From Oscillospiraceae bacterium (lineage in GTDB: Bacteria > Bacillota > Clostridia > Oscillospirales > CAG-382): a DNA stretch of 64,000 nucleotides. This document shows, one piece after another, positions 27,713-39,031 of the stretch. The position numbers and the translations under genes were made by a program. Location: contig SVRF01000006.1 of the NCBI GenBank assembly GCA_015064945.1, forward strand, positions 4,074-68,073. The letters run 5' to 3'. Below the pieces are notes generated by a model. That model saw nothing but the letters and a program-made list of their open reading frames with translations. It was not told where the DNA came from and made no database searches. Position 1 is the stretch's first letter. Every line of letters begins with the position of its first letter.

Positions 27713-29590
27713 ATGGCAGATAATCTTCCGTTATACCTGTTTAAGCAGGGAACAAATTACCGTGCTTATGAGTATTTGGGCGCACACAAAAACAAGGACG
27801 GCAGCTACACCTTCAGGGTGTGGGCACCTAATGCCGATGGAGTGTATTTGTGCGGTGACTTTAATAATTGGCAGGCGGACTTACCTATGACCGATATCGG
27901 CGGCGTGTGGGAGATAAATTTTTCCCACCCTATGCTGGAGAACGGTGCGCGTTATAAATATATAATCGACCGCGGCGGCGTTTTCAGATATAAGGCAGAC
28001 CCTTACGGCTATTTTGCGGAGACTCTTGCCAATACAGCATCCCGTATTTTCGATATAGAAGGATTTGAGTGGGAAGACGAAGCGTATTTGAAATACCGTA
28101 AAGAGAATTACGGCTGTCTTGCTAAAAGTGAAACCCCAAATGTTCCTATGAATATTTATGAGGTGCACCTGGGTTCTTGGCAACGGGATGAAAAAGGCGA
28201 TTATTTGGATTACAGAGAGCTGGCTGACAGGCTTTCGGCTTATGTTAAGCGTATGGGCTATACTCATATAGAGCTTATGCCCGTGGCAGAGCATCCCTTT
28301 GACGGTTCCTGGGGATATCAGATCTGCGGCTATTATGCTCCTACCTCTCGTTTCGGTAACCCTCACGACTTTATGTATTTTGTAAACAAAATGCACAGTG
28401 TGGGCATCGGCGTTATAATGGACTGGGTGCCTGCCCATTTCCCTAAAGACGCCCACGGACTTTATGAGTTTGACGGCGGACCTCTTTACGAGTATCAGGG
28501 CTGGGACAGGCAGGAGCATAAAGAGTGGGGAACAAGATGCTTTGACGTTGCCCGTAACGAGGTAAGCTGCTTCCTCATTTCCAATGCAATGTTCTGGGCG
28601 GACAAGTATCACATAGACGGCTTGCGTGTGGATGCGGTTTCGTCAATGCTGTATCTCGATTACGGTAGAAATCCCGGCGAGTGGTTACCCAATCCGGACG
28701 GCAGTAACATAAATACCCAAAGCGTGGCGTTTCTGCAAAAGCTAAACGGTGAAATGAAGGGGCACTATCCCGATGTGCTTATGATAGCCGAGGAAGCCAC
28801 CTCCTACATTGGTATAACACGCGGTGATGGGCTGGGCTTCAGTATGAAATGGAATATGGGGTGGATGAATGACACTCTTAAGTATATTTCCGCTGACCCG
28901 ATTTACCGCAAGGATATGCATACGAAGATGAACTTCTCGCTTATGTATGCCTATAACGAGCGCTATGTGCTTCCCATTTCTCACGACGAGGTAGTGCACG
29001 GCAAAAAGTCTTTGGTTGATAAGATGACAGGCAACTATCACAACAAGTTCGCAACGGCACGTACCTACTTGGCGTATATGATGACCCACCCCGGTAAGAA
29101 GCTGTTGTTTATGGGCTGTGAGTTTGCACAGTTCAGGGAATGGGACTTTGAAAACAGCCTTGAGTGGTTTATGCTGGACTATGATATGCACGCCCGTTTT
29201 CAGCGATACGTTTCGGAACTGAATGCGTTTTATCTGCAAGAGCCTGCTTTGTGGCAACAGGACGGCAGTCCATTGGGCTTTGAGTGGATAGATGCGGACA
29301 GAAATAACGATAACACCTATCTTTACCGCCGTTATGCAAAAAACGGCGACTGTATAACGGTTGTGGTGAACTTTGCACCTGTGGAGAGGGAGTACTACAT
29401 CCCCGTAAAAGAAAAAGGCGTATACAAAGAAATTATAAACAGCGATAATACGGATTACGGCGGCGGAGGTTGTATAAACTACGGTCTTATGTCCTCCCGT
29501 GATGACGGCTTCGGCCCTTGCATAAAGATCAAAATACCGCCTGCGGGCTTTACGGCAATAAAAAAATTTGAAGGGAATGATGAGGAATGA
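27713..29590 (+). CDS. glgB: 1,4-alpha-glucan branching enzyme
   Basis: GH13 catalytic motifs (DWVPAHF, GLRVDAV, EE); length and operon context. Confidence 0.93.
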   Translation: MADNLPLYLFKQGTNYRAYEYLGAHKNKDGSYTFRVWAPNADGVYLCGDFNNWQADLPMTDIGGVWEINFSHPMLENGARYKYIIDRGGVFRYKADPYGYFAETLANTASRIFDIEGFEWEDEAYLKYRKENYGCLAKSETPNVPMNIYEVHLGSWQRDEKGDYLDYRELADRLSAYVKRMGYTHIELMPVAEHPFDGSWGYQICGYYAPTSRFGNPHDFMYFVNKMHSVGIGVIMDWVPAHFPKDAHGLYEFDGGPLYEYQGWDRQEHKEWGTRCFDVARNEVSCFLISNAMFWADKYHIDGLRVDAVSSMLYLDYGRNPGEWLPNPDGSNINTQSVAFLQKLNGEMKGHYPDVLMIAEEATSYIGITRGDGLGFSMKWNMGWMNDTLKYISADPIYRKDMHTKMNFSLMYAYNERYVLPISHDEVVHGKKSLVDKMTGNYHNKFATARTYLAYMMTHPGKKLLFMGCEFAQFREWDFENSLEWFMLDYDMHARFQRYVSELNAFYLQEPALWQQDGSPLGFEWIDADRNNDNTYLYRRYAKNGDCITVVVNFAPVEREYYIPVKEKGVYKEIINSDNTDYGGGGCINYGLMSSRDDGFGPCIKIKIPPAGFTAIKKFEGNDEE

Positions 29591-30807
29591 TCAAAAAGAA
29601 AGAATGCGTGGCAATGCTTCTTGCCGGCGGACAGGGTAGCAGACTTTATCTCTTGACACAAAGGGTGGCTAAGCCTGCGGTATCCTTCGGTAGCAAATAC
29701 AGAATTATCGACTTTACCCTTTCCAACTGCATCAATTCCGGTATAGACACAGTAGGTGTTCTTACCCAATATCAGCCTTTGGCGCTTAATGAATACATAG
29801 GCAACGGTCAGCCCTGGGACTTGGACCGTACCTTTGGCGGCGTAATGGTGCTTCCTCCTTATCAGGGACAGAAGCGTGCCGATTGGTATAAGGGCACCGC
29901 CAACGCCATTTATCAGAACTTGCACTTTTTGGATAAGTATGATCCCGACTATGTTGTAGTACTTTCCGGCGACCACATTTATAAGATGGACTACAGCGCA
30001 ATGGTTGATTATCACAAGCGTATGGGCGCTGCCTGCACCATCGCAGTAATAGATGTTCCCCTTTCCGAGGCAAGCCGCTTCGGTATAATGAACACCGATG
30101 AGAATATGCAGGTTTACGAATTTGAAGAGAAACCCAAGAACCCCAAGAGTACCTTGGCTTCCATGGGTGTTTACGTGTTCTCCAAGGCGGAGCTTTACAA
30201 GTACCTCATAGCTGACGAAGCGGACGAAAACAGCGATAAGGACTTTGGTAAGAACGTAATTCCCGCTATGCTTGGCGCAGGCGAAAAGCTGTTTGCATAT
30301 CCCTTCAAAGGGTATTGGAAAGATGTTGGTACCATCAACTCCCTTTGGGAAGCTAATATGGACCTGCTTGGTGACAGACCTGCCCTCAACCTCAATAACG
30401 GAAACTGGCGCATATTTGCACGCCACTCCTCCAACCCTCCCCATTTTCTGGGCTACGGTGCACAGGTGGAAAACAGCCTTATTACCGGTGGCTGCGAGAT
30501 ATACGGTACCGTTATCAACAGCGTGCTTTCCAGCGGCGTAAAGGTTGCAAAGGGCGCTGTTGTTAAGGACAGCGTTATAATGAAGGACTGTGTTATTTCC
30601 GAGAACGCACGTGTTGAGTATTCCATTATGGACAGCGATACCGTCGTAGGTGTTAACGCTATCGTTGGCGAACCCAAGGAAGACGGCAAGGGCATAGCGC
30701 TTGTTGGCTTCGGGCTTAACATAAAGGCAGGTACAAAGGTGCCCGGCGGCGCAATGGTGGACGAAGCTTTCCTTGCGTCACTTGAAGAAGGAAAGGAGGA
30801 GGCATAA
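29587..30807 (+). CDS. glgC: Glucose-1-phosphate adenylyltransferase
   Basis: LAGGQGSRL motif and a left-handed beta-helix C-terminus. Confidence 0.93.
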   Translation: MIKKKECVAMLLAGGQGSRLYLLTQRVAKPAVSFGSKYRIIDFTLSNCINSGIDTVGVLTQYQPLALNEYIGNGQPWDLDRTFGGVMVLPPYQGQKRADWYKGTANAIYQNLHFLDKYDPDYVVVLSGDHIYKMDYSAMVDYHKRMGAACTIAVIDVPLSEASRFGIMNTDENMQVYEFEEKPKNPKSTLASMGVYVFSKAELYKYLIADEADENSDKDFGKNVIPAMLGAGEKLFAYPFKGYWKDVGTINSLWEANMDLLGDRPALNLNNGNWRIFARHSSNPPHFLGYGAQVENSLITGGCEIYGTVINSVLSSGVKVAKGAVVKDSVIMKDCVISENARVEYSIMDSDTVVGVNAIVGEPKEDGKGIALVGFGLNIKAGTKVPGGAMVDEAFLASLEEGKEEA

Positions 30808-30810
30808 GTT

Positions 30811-31941
30811 ATGGCAAGCGTAGTAGGTATTATCTTTTCCAACATACACGATAAAAACGTAAGCGAGCTTACAAGAAGAAGAACTATGGCAAGTGTGCCC
30901 TTTGGTTGCAGATACAGACTTATCGACTTTACTCTTTCCAACCTTGTAAACTCCGGTATAACCCACGTGGGCGTTGTAACCCATTACAACTACCAGTCTC
31001 TTATGGACCATATAGGTACAGGTAAGGATTGGGACTTGGCAAGAAGGTCCGGCGGTATCAAGATACTTCCTCCCTTTATAACTGCTTTTGCCAACACCCA
31101 AAACTCTCTTTACCATACCCGTCTTGAAGCGATGAAGAGCATGATAGAGTTCATATCTTCCTGCAAGGAAGAGTATGTAATTCTTTCAGACTGTGATATT
31201 ATCTGTAATATCGACCTTAGTGAGATGATAAACGCTCATATAGCCAGCGGTGCCGATATGACTATGGCTGTTAAGCGTATGTATATCACCCATGACGTTA
31301 AGAATGTTGAGATAGTAGAATCCGATGCAGAAGGCAGAATAACCGATATTTCCGAGGCGAACGGTATTGTTACCGGTTACAGAGACGTTAATCTTAACAT
31401 AATAGTAATGCACCGTAAATATTTGGTTAACCTTATAATGGACGCAACTGCTCACGGTTACGACAGCTTTACCAAGGATATCGTTGCAAAGAATTTGGAA
31501 AATTGCGATTACCGTGTTTACAGCTACGAAAACTACTTTGCGGCAATCAATTCTCTTACCGATTTTTATATGTGTAATATGGACCTTCTCAGCTCTTCCG
31601 CAAGGGATAGCCTGTTCAACGTTAAAAACCGTCCCGTTTACACAAAGATACGTAACTCCAGCCCCACTACTTATGCAGAGGGCAGTAACGTTAAAAACTC
31701 CCTTATCGCAGACGGTTGCGTAATCCACGGAACAGTTGAAAATTCCATACTCTTCCGCGGCGTAAAGGTTGGCAAGAATACTGTGGTTAAAAACTCTATA
31801 CTTATGCAGGATACCCTTGTGGGCGAAAACGTTGACCTTAACTGTGTTATTACCGATAAGGATGTGGTTATCCGTGACGGTAGGGTGCTTTCCGGTCACG
31901 AAACAAAGCCCTTCTATATAGACAAGCTTACAGTGGTATAA
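30811..31941 (+). CDS. glgD: Glucose-1-phosphate adenylyltransferase subunit GlgD
   Basis: GlgC paralog lacking the GGxGxRL motif, in the Firmicutes glgCD arrangement. Confidence 0.85.
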   Translation: MASVVGIIFSNIHDKNVSELTRRRTMASVPFGCRYRLIDFTLSNLVNSGITHVGVVTHYNYQSLMDHIGTGKDWDLARRSGGIKILPPFITAFANTQNSLYHTRLEAMKSMIEFISSCKEEYVILSDCDIICNIDLSEMINAHIASGADMTMAVKRMYITHDVKNVEIVESDAEGRITDISEANGIVTGYRDVNLNIIVMHRKYLVNLIMDATAHGYDSFTKDIVAKNLENCDYRVYSYENYFAAINSLTDFYMCNMDLLSSSARDSLFNVKNRPVYTKIRNSSPTTYAEGSNVKNSLIADGCVIHGTVENSILFRGVKVGKNTVVKNSILMQDTLVGENVDLNCVITDKDVVIRDGRVLSGHETKPFYIDKLTVV

Positions 31942-31968
31942 ACTTATTATAAATAAGGAGGCTTTATA

Positions 31969-33405
31969 ATGAGAAAGCAAAAAATACTGTTTGTAGCTTC
32001 CGAGGCGGTGCCTTACGCATCTTCGGGCGGCTTGGGCGATGTAATAGGCTCTCTTCCCGCGGCGCTTTGCGGCGCTTCTAAGGGCGAGCTGGACGTCCGT
32101 GTAATAATGCCCCTTTACGGAAGTATGAAGGACAGCTATAGGGAAGCGCTTACCAAGGTTTGCGAAACCTATATAAGTCTTTCCTGGCGCAGACAATATC
32201 TTGGCATTTATAAATTGGAAAAGAACGGCGTTATATATTACTTTTTGGATAACGAGTATTATTTTAAGCGCCCCACCCTTTACGGCAGCTATGACGACGG
32301 CGAGCGTTACGCTTTCTTCTGCCGTGCGGTGATGGAATCACTGCCCATTATAGACTTCTTCCCCGATGTGCTCCACGCACACGACTGGCAAAGCGCACTT
32401 ACTGTCATATATCTTAAGCGCCGCTACGCTAACGAGGAGGGCTACAAAGATATTAAAACAGTGTTCACCATCCACAACATCGCTTATCAGGGCGTTTACG
32501 GCCACGAGATACTCGGCGACGTATTTGACCTTGGTTACGGCGATAGGGAAATAGTGGACTATAACGGTGCTATTAACCTTATGAAGGGTGCTATAGTTTG
32601 TGCCGATACCGTAAGCACCGTTAGCCCCACCTATGCTCTTGAGATACTTTCTCCACGTTTTTCCAACGGTTTGCATTATGTGCTGGAGCAGAATAAGGGC
32701 AAGCTTCGCGGTATACTAAACGGTATAGATACCGACTATTACAATCCCGTAACGGATACCGAGCTGTTTGCAAATTACTCCTCCGACGACCTTTCCGGCA
32801 AAGCGGTTAACAAAAAGGAACTGCAAAAGCTTGTAGGTCTTGAAGAGAAGGAAGACATCCCCGTTGTGGCAATAATCTCCCGTCTTACCGGCCACAAGGG
32901 GATAGATATAGTAATGCTTGCCGCAGAGGAGCTGCTTAAGGACAGAATACAGCTTGTTGTTCTCGGTCAGGGTGACTATACCTACGAAAACTATTTTTGG
33001 CATTTGGCAGACAGCTATAAGGGTAAGGTAAGTACTTTGCTTATGTACAATAAGGACATGTCCAAAAAGATTTACGCAGGTGCGGATATATTTCTTATGC
33101 CTTCCAAGAGCGAGCCTTGCGGCCTTGCCCAGATGATAGCATCCCGCTACGGTACAGTACCCGTAGTCAGGGAAACAGGCGGACTTTACGACTCTATTAA
33201 GGACGTAGGCTTTGAAAACGGCAACGGCTTCACCTTTGCTCATTACAGCTCCGAGGACCTTATAGGCGCCGTAAGACGTGCAGTTAACGCATATAACGAC
33301 AAAGAAAACTATAAATCCCTTGTTAAAAAAGTTATGGAAGTTGATTTTTCTTGGGACAAATCTGCTCTTGATTACATTAAAATGTATAAAGAGCTATTAG
33401 CATAA
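31969..33405 (+). CDS. glgA: Glycogen synthase
   Basis: KILFVASE..PYASSGGLGDV (KxGGL) N-terminus. Confidence 0.93.
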   Translation: MRKQKILFVASEAVPYASSGGLGDVIGSLPAALCGASKGELDVRVIMPLYGSMKDSYREALTKVCETYISLSWRRQYLGIYKLEKNGVIYYFLDNEYYFKRPTLYGSYDDGERYAFFCRAVMESLPIIDFFPDVLHAHDWQSALTVIYLKRRYANEEGYKDIKTVFTIHNIAYQGVYGHEILGDVFDLGYGDREIVDYNGAINLMKGAIVCADTVSTVSPTYALEILSPRFSNGLHYVLEQNKGKLRGILNGIDTDYYNPVTDTELFANYSSDDLSGKAVNKKELQKLVGLEEKEDIPVVAIISRLTGHKGIDIVMLAAEELLKDRIQLVVLGQGDYTYENYFWHLADSYKGKVSTLLMYNKDMSKKIYAGADIFLMPSKSEPCGLAQMIASRYGTVPVVRETGGLYDSIKDVGFENGNGFTFAHYSSEDLIGAVRRAVNAYNDKENYKSLVKKVMEVDFSWDKSALDYIKMYKELLA

Positions 33406-33433
33406 AAATCAGATAATTTAAGGAGAAACAAAA

Positions 33434-35854
33434 ATGACCGCTAATCGCAATCAGATTGAAGAGGCTATACAGAATAAGCTTTCCCGCTTTTTCAGTGTAG
33501 CTATAGAAGAGGCCGATGCCAACCAAATGTATAAGGCAACGGTTCTTACCGTAAGAGATATTCTTGCACAGAAGCGTAAGCTTTTTAATGCCGAAACACG
33601 CGCACAGGGCAAGAAAAAGGTTTATTATATGTGTATGGAGTTCCTTATGGGTACATCCCTCCGCACAAACCTTAACAACTTGGGCTTGGAAGCAGCTTAT
33701 AAGGATGTTTTAAAAGAACACGGCTTCGACCTTGACAATATCTATGAGATGGAGTCCGACCCCGGCTTGGGTAACGGCGGTCTTGGCAGACTTGCGGCTT
33801 GCTTTATGGATTCGCTTTCCACCCTTTCTTATCCCGCACGCGGCTACTCTATCCTTTACGAATACGGTCTGTTTAAGCAGAAGCTGGCAGAGGGCGAGCA
33901 GATAGAGCTGCCCGATATTTGGATGCCCGGTGGGGACGCTTGGCTTGTTCCTCGTCAGGATAAGTCTTGCGTTGTACGCTTTGGCGGTACAATTACCGAA
34001 AAGTGGGATAACGGCAGATGCGAAATTATCCACGAAAACTATGAAGAAGTTGAGGCTGTTCCTTACGATATGCTTGTTTCCGGTGCGGACAGCAAGGCAA
34101 TAACCACCCTCAGACTGTGGAAAGCACAGGATATTCGCAACTTTAATATGGAGCTTTTCTCTCAAGGTCAGTATATCAAGGCTGTTGAAGAAAACACTAT
34201 GGCACAGACCATCTCCAAGGTGCTTTATCCTAACGATAACCATCCCGAAGGTAAGCTGCTCCGTTTAAGCCAGCAGTACTTCCTTGTAAGTGCATCTCTC
34301 CAAAACATTATCCACGATCATATATCTACCTTTAAGAACCTTAACACCCTTCCCGAAAAGGTGGCTATCCATATTAACGATACTCACCCCGCACTTTGTA
34401 TCCCCGAACTTATGCGTATCCTTATGGATATGCACAACTACTCTTGGGAAGAAGCTTGGGATATGGTTGTTAAGACCGTTTCTTACACAAACCATACCGT
34501 AATGCCAGAAGCTCTTGAGTGCTGGAACGAAGGTCTGTTCCGTCTTAAGCTGCCCAGACTTTATATGATTATCCGTGAAATAAACGAGCGTTTCTGTGCA
34601 GACGCCTGGGAACAGTTCCCCGGTAACTGGGATAAGGTTGGCAGAATGTCCATAATCAACCACGGTCAGATTCGTATGGCAAACCTTTCTGTTGTAGGTT
34701 CCCACCATATAAACGGTGTTTCCGAACTCCATTCCGATATACTTAAGAACAATACATTTAGGGACTTTAACGATATGTATCCCGACAGGTTCCTTAATGT
34801 TACCAACGGTATCGCTCACCGCAGATGGCTGTGCTACTCCAACCCTCGTCTTGCTTCTCTGCTTGATGAGACTATCGGTAGCGGTTACCGTACGGATGCT
34901 TCTCAGCTTTCCAAGTTCCTTAAATATCAGGACGATAAGAGCGTTCTTAACGCACTTGCAGACATCAAGCACGCAAATAAGGTGGACTTCTCCAATTATA
35001 TCAAGCGTACGGCAGGCGTATCACTTGACCCTGACTCCATCTTTGACGTACAGGTTAAGCGTATACACGAATATAAGCGTCAGCTTCTTAACGCTATCCA
35101 CATTATAAGCGTTTACTGCGCACTTAAAGAAAATCCCGATTTGGATATCAAGCCCGTAACCTATTTGTTCGGCGGTAAGGCTGCACCCGGTTACTATATG
35201 GCTAAGGATATAATCCGTCTTATCTGCTACATCAGCGCGGATATCCAGAAGAATCCCAAGATAAGAGAAAAGCTTAACGTTATGTTCTTGGAGAACTATA
35301 ACGTAAGCCTTGCAGAAAAGCTTATCCCCACCGCTGACGTAAGCGAACAGATCTCCCTTGCAGGTAAGGAAGCAAGCGGTACCGGTAATATGAAGTTTAT
35401 GATAAACGGTGCGGTTACCATCGGTACTCTTGACGGCGCTAACGTTGAGATGTGTGAAGAGGTGGGCAGAGACAATATCTTTATCTTCGGCCACACCGCA
35501 GAAGAGGTTGACGAGCTTTGGAAGAAGGGCTATGCTTCCTCCTACTACTACCACCGTAACGAGTCTCTTAAGAAGGCTATCGATTATTTGCAGATAGGCT
35601 TCAACGGCAGGTCCTTCTCCGATATAGCTAACTACTTGCTGTTCTCCTACGGTATAGCAGACCCCTATATGTGTCTTGCCGACTTTGACTTCTATCAGGA
35701 TGCTCATTTAGAGCTGGTAAAAGCATACGGCGACAAAGAGGCTTGGAACAAGAAGAGCCTTATCAACATAGCAAAAGCAGGCAAGTTTGCGGCAGACAGA
35801 AGCATAGAAGACTATGCAAGAGATATCTGGAAGCTGGAAAAACAGCTTGACTAA
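33434..35854 (+). CDS. glgP: Glycogen/starch phosphorylase
   Basis: EASGTGNMKFMINGA PLP-lysine motif; 806 aa. Confidence 0.95.
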   Translation: MTANRNQIEEAIQNKLSRFFSVAIEEADANQMYKATVLTVRDILAQKRKLFNAETRAQGKKKVYYMCMEFLMGTSLRTNLNNLGLEAAYKDVLKEHGFDLDNIYEMESDPGLGNGGLGRLAACFMDSLSTLSYPARGYSILYEYGLFKQKLAEGEQIELPDIWMPGGDAWLVPRQDKSCVVRFGGTITEKWDNGRCEIIHENYEEVEAVPYDMLVSGADSKAITTLRLWKAQDIRNFNMELFSQGQYIKAVEENTMAQTISKVLYPNDNHPEGKLLRLSQQYFLVSASLQNIIHDHISTFKNLNTLPEKVAIHINDTHPALCIPELMRILMDMHNYSWEEAWDMVVKTVSYTNHTVMPEALECWNEGLFRLKLPRLYMIIREINERFCADAWEQFPGNWDKVGRMSIINHGQIRMANLSVVGSHHINGVSELHSDILKNNTFRDFNDMYPDRFLNVTNGIAHRRWLCYSNPRLASLLDETIGSGYRTDASQLSKFLKYQDDKSVLNALADIKHANKVDFSNYIKRTAGVSLDPDSIFDVQVKRIHEYKRQLLNAIHIISVYCALKENPDLDIKPVTYLFGGKAAPGYYMAKDIIRLICYISADIQKNPKIREKLNVMFLENYNVSLAEKLIPTADVSEQISLAGKEASGTGNMKFMINGAVTIGTLDGANVEMCEEVGRDNIFIFGHTAEEVDELWKKGYASSYYYHRNESLKKAIDYLQIGFNGRSFSDIANYLLFSYGIADPYMCLADFDFYQDAHLELVKAYGDKEAWNKKSLINIAKAGKFAADRSIEDYARDIWKLEKQLD

Positions 35855-35871
35855 AACGCAAGAGGTAATTT

Positions 35872-37752
35872 GTGTCTTTCAATGTATTAAACAGGCTGAC
35901 AGAAATGTCATACGGCAAATGCTTTCAGCCTATAGTTACCGTAAACGGTAAAAAAATAAACGTATGTACAGCGCCAAAGGGAAAAGCCATAAGCTTTTCC
36001 CTAAAGGCGTTACGCACTTTAGGTGTACTTAAAGCCTACCTTATATTTACCGAGGACGGCTGTGACGACCAAAGGTATGAGGGTAAGTGGCAGGGGCTGG
36101 AAGACGGTATGGATATCTACAGCTTCGGCTTTAAGGTAAAGCCCGCCGCAGGGCTGTATTTTTACGGATTTGAGCTTCATACGCCCAGCGGCGTGTGGTA
36201 TGTGGCAGAGGACGGCTCTAAGTGCCGTCATAAAGTACATACGGACAGGGTACTTGTGTACAACGAAAAATATAAAGCCCCCGCTTGGTTGGATGGCGGT
36301 ATTATTTACCACATATTTGTGGACCGTTTTTATAAGGGCGAAAAGGAAGTAGCTGTAAGGGACGATGTGGTTATGTATACGGATTGGGATAACGGCATTC
36401 CCGAGTATCCCGAGTATCCGGGTGCATTCCTGCGCAACAATACCTTCTTCGGCGGCACCCTTTGGGGCGTCATCGAAAAACTGCCTTATCTTAAGGGACT
36501 GGGCGTCAGTTGTATCTATTTAAGCCCCGTATTTAAAGCGTATTCCAACCATAAATACGACACGGGCGACTATATGCAGGTTGACGAGATGTTCGGCGGC
36601 GACGAAGCGCTGGAACAGCTCTTCATCAAAGCTAAAGAGCAGGGCATAGGCGTAATTCTTGACGGCGTGTTTAATCACGTTGGTGACGATAGCCTGTATT
36701 TCGACCATTTCGGCAAGTACGGCGGCAACGGAGCCTATTCAGGCAAAAAAAGCCCTTATTATAAGTGGTTCAGCTTTATAGATTTTCCCGATGTTTACGA
36801 GGCGTGGTGGGGTATAGGTAACCTGCCCCGTGTTAACCGTGTTGCTTCCTTCCGCAAGCTTATTTACGGCAAGGGTGGCGTGGTTGAAAAATATATGGGT
36901 ATGGGCGCTTCGGGCTTTCGCCTTGACGTGGTTGATGAACTGGAACGTGACTTTACCGAAGGTCTTTGCGCCGCTGTTAAAAAGCAAAAGGAAGATGCGT
37001 ATATGGTGGGCGAGGTGTGGGAGGACGCTTCCGACAAAATAGCCTATGATGACCGTAAACGTTATTTTCAGGGCAAGCAGCTTGATGCGGTAATGAACTA
37101 TCCCTTGCGCAGCGGTATTATCGAGTATGCTTTGTGGGGTAACGGAGAATTTTTGGCAGATACGGTAAATACTCTTTACCGTCATTATCCGCCCCATAAA
37201 ACTGCGTATATGATGAACGTTCTCGGTACTCACGATACAGAGCGTATCCTTACGGTTTTGGGCGGTGACACCGCAGACGAATGCACTAACGCAGAGAAGG
37301 CTGTAAAGAAAATGAGCGCTGAGGAGTATAAAAACGCTGTAAAGCGTCTTAAGATAGCTTCTCTTTTGCAAATGACCTTGCCCGGTATCCCCTGCGTTTA
37401 CTACGGTGACGAGGCAGGTATGGAGGGTTACAAGGACCCCTTTAACCGCCGCCCCTTCCCATGGAACAACGTAGACGGTGATATATACGCTTGGTATAAA
37501 AAGCTTACGGAAATAAGACGTCAAAGCGGTGCGTTTACCTCAAGGGACTTCAAAATAATAAAGCGTCATAACGGCGTTTTTGCCTTTGTCAGAGGTGACG
37601 GTGACGAAAGCGTATGCGTTATAACAAATATGGGAAACAGCGATGCTGTTATAAAAGGTAGCTTTGTATCCTTGCTTACGGGTAAGGTTTATGAAGATAG
37701 CTGTACGGTGGCACCCTTTTGCGGTGACATTCTTTTGAAAAGCAAAAAATGA
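35872..37752 (+). CDS. GH13 alpha-glucosidase/neopullulanase-type enzyme
   Basis: DGVFNHVG, GFRLDVVDEL, EVWED and GTHDTER conserved regions I-IV; GTG start after AGAGG. Confidence 0.8.
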   Translation: MSFNVLNRLTEMSYGKCFQPIVTVNGKKINVCTAPKGKAISFSLKALRTLGVLKAYLIFTEDGCDDQRYEGKWQGLEDGMDIYSFGFKVKPAAGLYFYGFELHTPSGVWYVAEDGSKCRHKVHTDRVLVYNEKYKAPAWLDGGIIYHIFVDRFYKGEKEVAVRDDVVMYTDWDNGIPEYPEYPGAFLRNNTFFGGTLWGVIEKLPYLKGLGVSCIYLSPVFKAYSNHKYDTGDYMQVDEMFGGDEALEQLFIKAKEQGIGVILDGVFNHVGDDSLYFDHFGKYGGNGAYSGKKSPYYKWFSFIDFPDVYEAWWGIGNLPRVNRVASFRKLIYGKGGVVEKYMGMGASGFRLDVVDELERDFTEGLCAAVKKQKEDAYMVGEVWEDASDKIAYDDRKRYFQGKQLDAVMNYPLRSGIIEYALWGNGEFLADTVNTLYRHYPPHKTAYMMNVLGTHDTERILTVLGGDTADECTNAEKAVKKMSAEEYKNAVKRLKIASLLQMTLPGIPCVYYGDEAGMEGYKDPFNRRPFPWNNVDGDIYAWYKKLTEIRRQSGAFTSRDFKIIKRHNGVFAFVRGDGDESVCVITNMGNSDAVIKGSFVSLLTGKVYEDSCTVAPFCGDILLKSKK

Positions 37753-37813
37753 TGTGCACGCATATACTTAAAAACACAGGTGTGAAAAAATATTACGAAT
37801 GGTTGGTGTCAAA

Positions 37814-38914
37814 ATGGAAAAACTTTTTGGCGAAATCTGCAATGCTTATGAGTTAAAGGGTACACTGTATAAGTGGGCTCGTTTAAAGCGTGGACATATA
37901 AACGATACATATAGGGTAGACCTGTTGGAGGACGGAAAGGAAAAATCCTATCTGTTCCAAAAGGTAAACGATTTTGTTTTTAAAAAGCCGGAGCTTATAG
38001 TTAAAAACGTTAAAGGCGTAACCGCCCATATACGTTGCAAAATGGAAGCTATAGGTGCGTGCGACGTAAAGAGAAATGTGCTTAAGCTTTATGAAAACAA
38101 CGGCAAGGGCTTGTATTATACCAAGGACGGCGGCTGTTGGCGTGTACTTTCCTTTGTGTATAATGCTACCACCTATGACAAATTCGACCTTAAAAAACTT
38201 GGGGCTATCGGCAGAGGCTTTGGTATCTTCCTTGCAATGCTTTCCGATTACCCCTGCGGTGATCTTTATGAGACTATCCCTGACTTTCATAACACTCCCA
38301 AACGCTTTGATGCCTTCTTTAAGGCTTACGAGGCAGATACAGAGGGCAGAGCGGCAGAGATAGCTGAGGAAGCCGAATATATCCGCAGTGTCGCCTGCCA
38401 TGCAGATAGATTTAATAAGCTGTATATGGAAGGAAAGCTACCCCTGCGTGTTACACATAACGATACAAAGGGTAACAATATAATGATGGATATCGACACT
38501 GACGAGCCGCTGGCGGTAATCGATCTTGACACGGTTATGCCCGGTTTTGCCATGCACGACTTTGGTGACGCTGTGCGTTATGCGGCAAACACCGCCGCAG
38601 AGGATGAAAAGGACCTGACAAAGGTGTCCCTGGATCTGGAGCGTTACAAGGCGTTGGCGGACGGCTTCTTGCCGCCTATGCTTGGCAAATTTACCGAGGT
38701 GGAGATACGCAATATGCCTTGGGGAGTTATCCTTATAACCCTGGAAACAGCTGTTCGGTTTTTGACGGATTATTTACAGGGCGACGTATATTTTAAAACG
38801 GAATACGAAGAACATAACCTTGTCAGAGGCCGTTGTCAGCTTGCGTTGGCAAAAGATGCTATAAATAAGCTTGACGATATGGAAAAAATAACCGAAAACT
38901 ACCTTAAAATTTAG
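37814..38914 (+). CDS. APH-fold sugar kinase, N-acetylhexosamine 1-kinase (NahK/LnpB)-like
   Basis: RVTHNDTKGNNIM...IDLDTVMPG...FGD...EDEKDL...YF...EHNLVR resembles my recollection of Bifidobacterium NahK. Confidence 0.55.
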   Translation: MEKLFGEICNAYELKGTLYKWARLKRGHINDTYRVDLLEDGKEKSYLFQKVNDFVFKKPELIVKNVKGVTAHIRCKMEAIGACDVKRNVLKLYENNGKGLYYTKDGGCWRVLSFVYNATTYDKFDLKKLGAIGRGFGIFLAMLSDYPCGDLYETIPDFHNTPKRFDAFFKAYEADTEGRAAEIAEEAEYIRSVACHADRFNKLYMEGKLPLRVTHNDTKGNNIMMDIDTDEPLAVIDLDTVMPGFAMHDFGDAVRYAANTAAEDEKDLTKVSLDLERYKALADGFLPPMLGKFTEVEIRNMPWGVILITLETAVRFLTDYLQGDVYFKTEYEEHNLVRGRCQLALAKDAINKLDDMEKITENYLKI

Positions 38915-38948
38915 TATATTCTTACAAGCGGTTATTTTTTAAAAAAAC

Positions 38949-38976
38949 TTGACAATTGAGTTAAAAGTGCTATAAT
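38949..38976 (+). promoter_or_regulatory. Promoter of the sigma-factor gene
   Basis: TTGACA 38949-54, 16-nt spacer, TGcTATAAT 38971-76. Confidence 0.6.
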
Positions 38977-39031
38977 AATGCTTAGAGCTGTGCAAATATC
39001 CTGCTCTAATAGCTAAAAACGGTTGGTCTGA

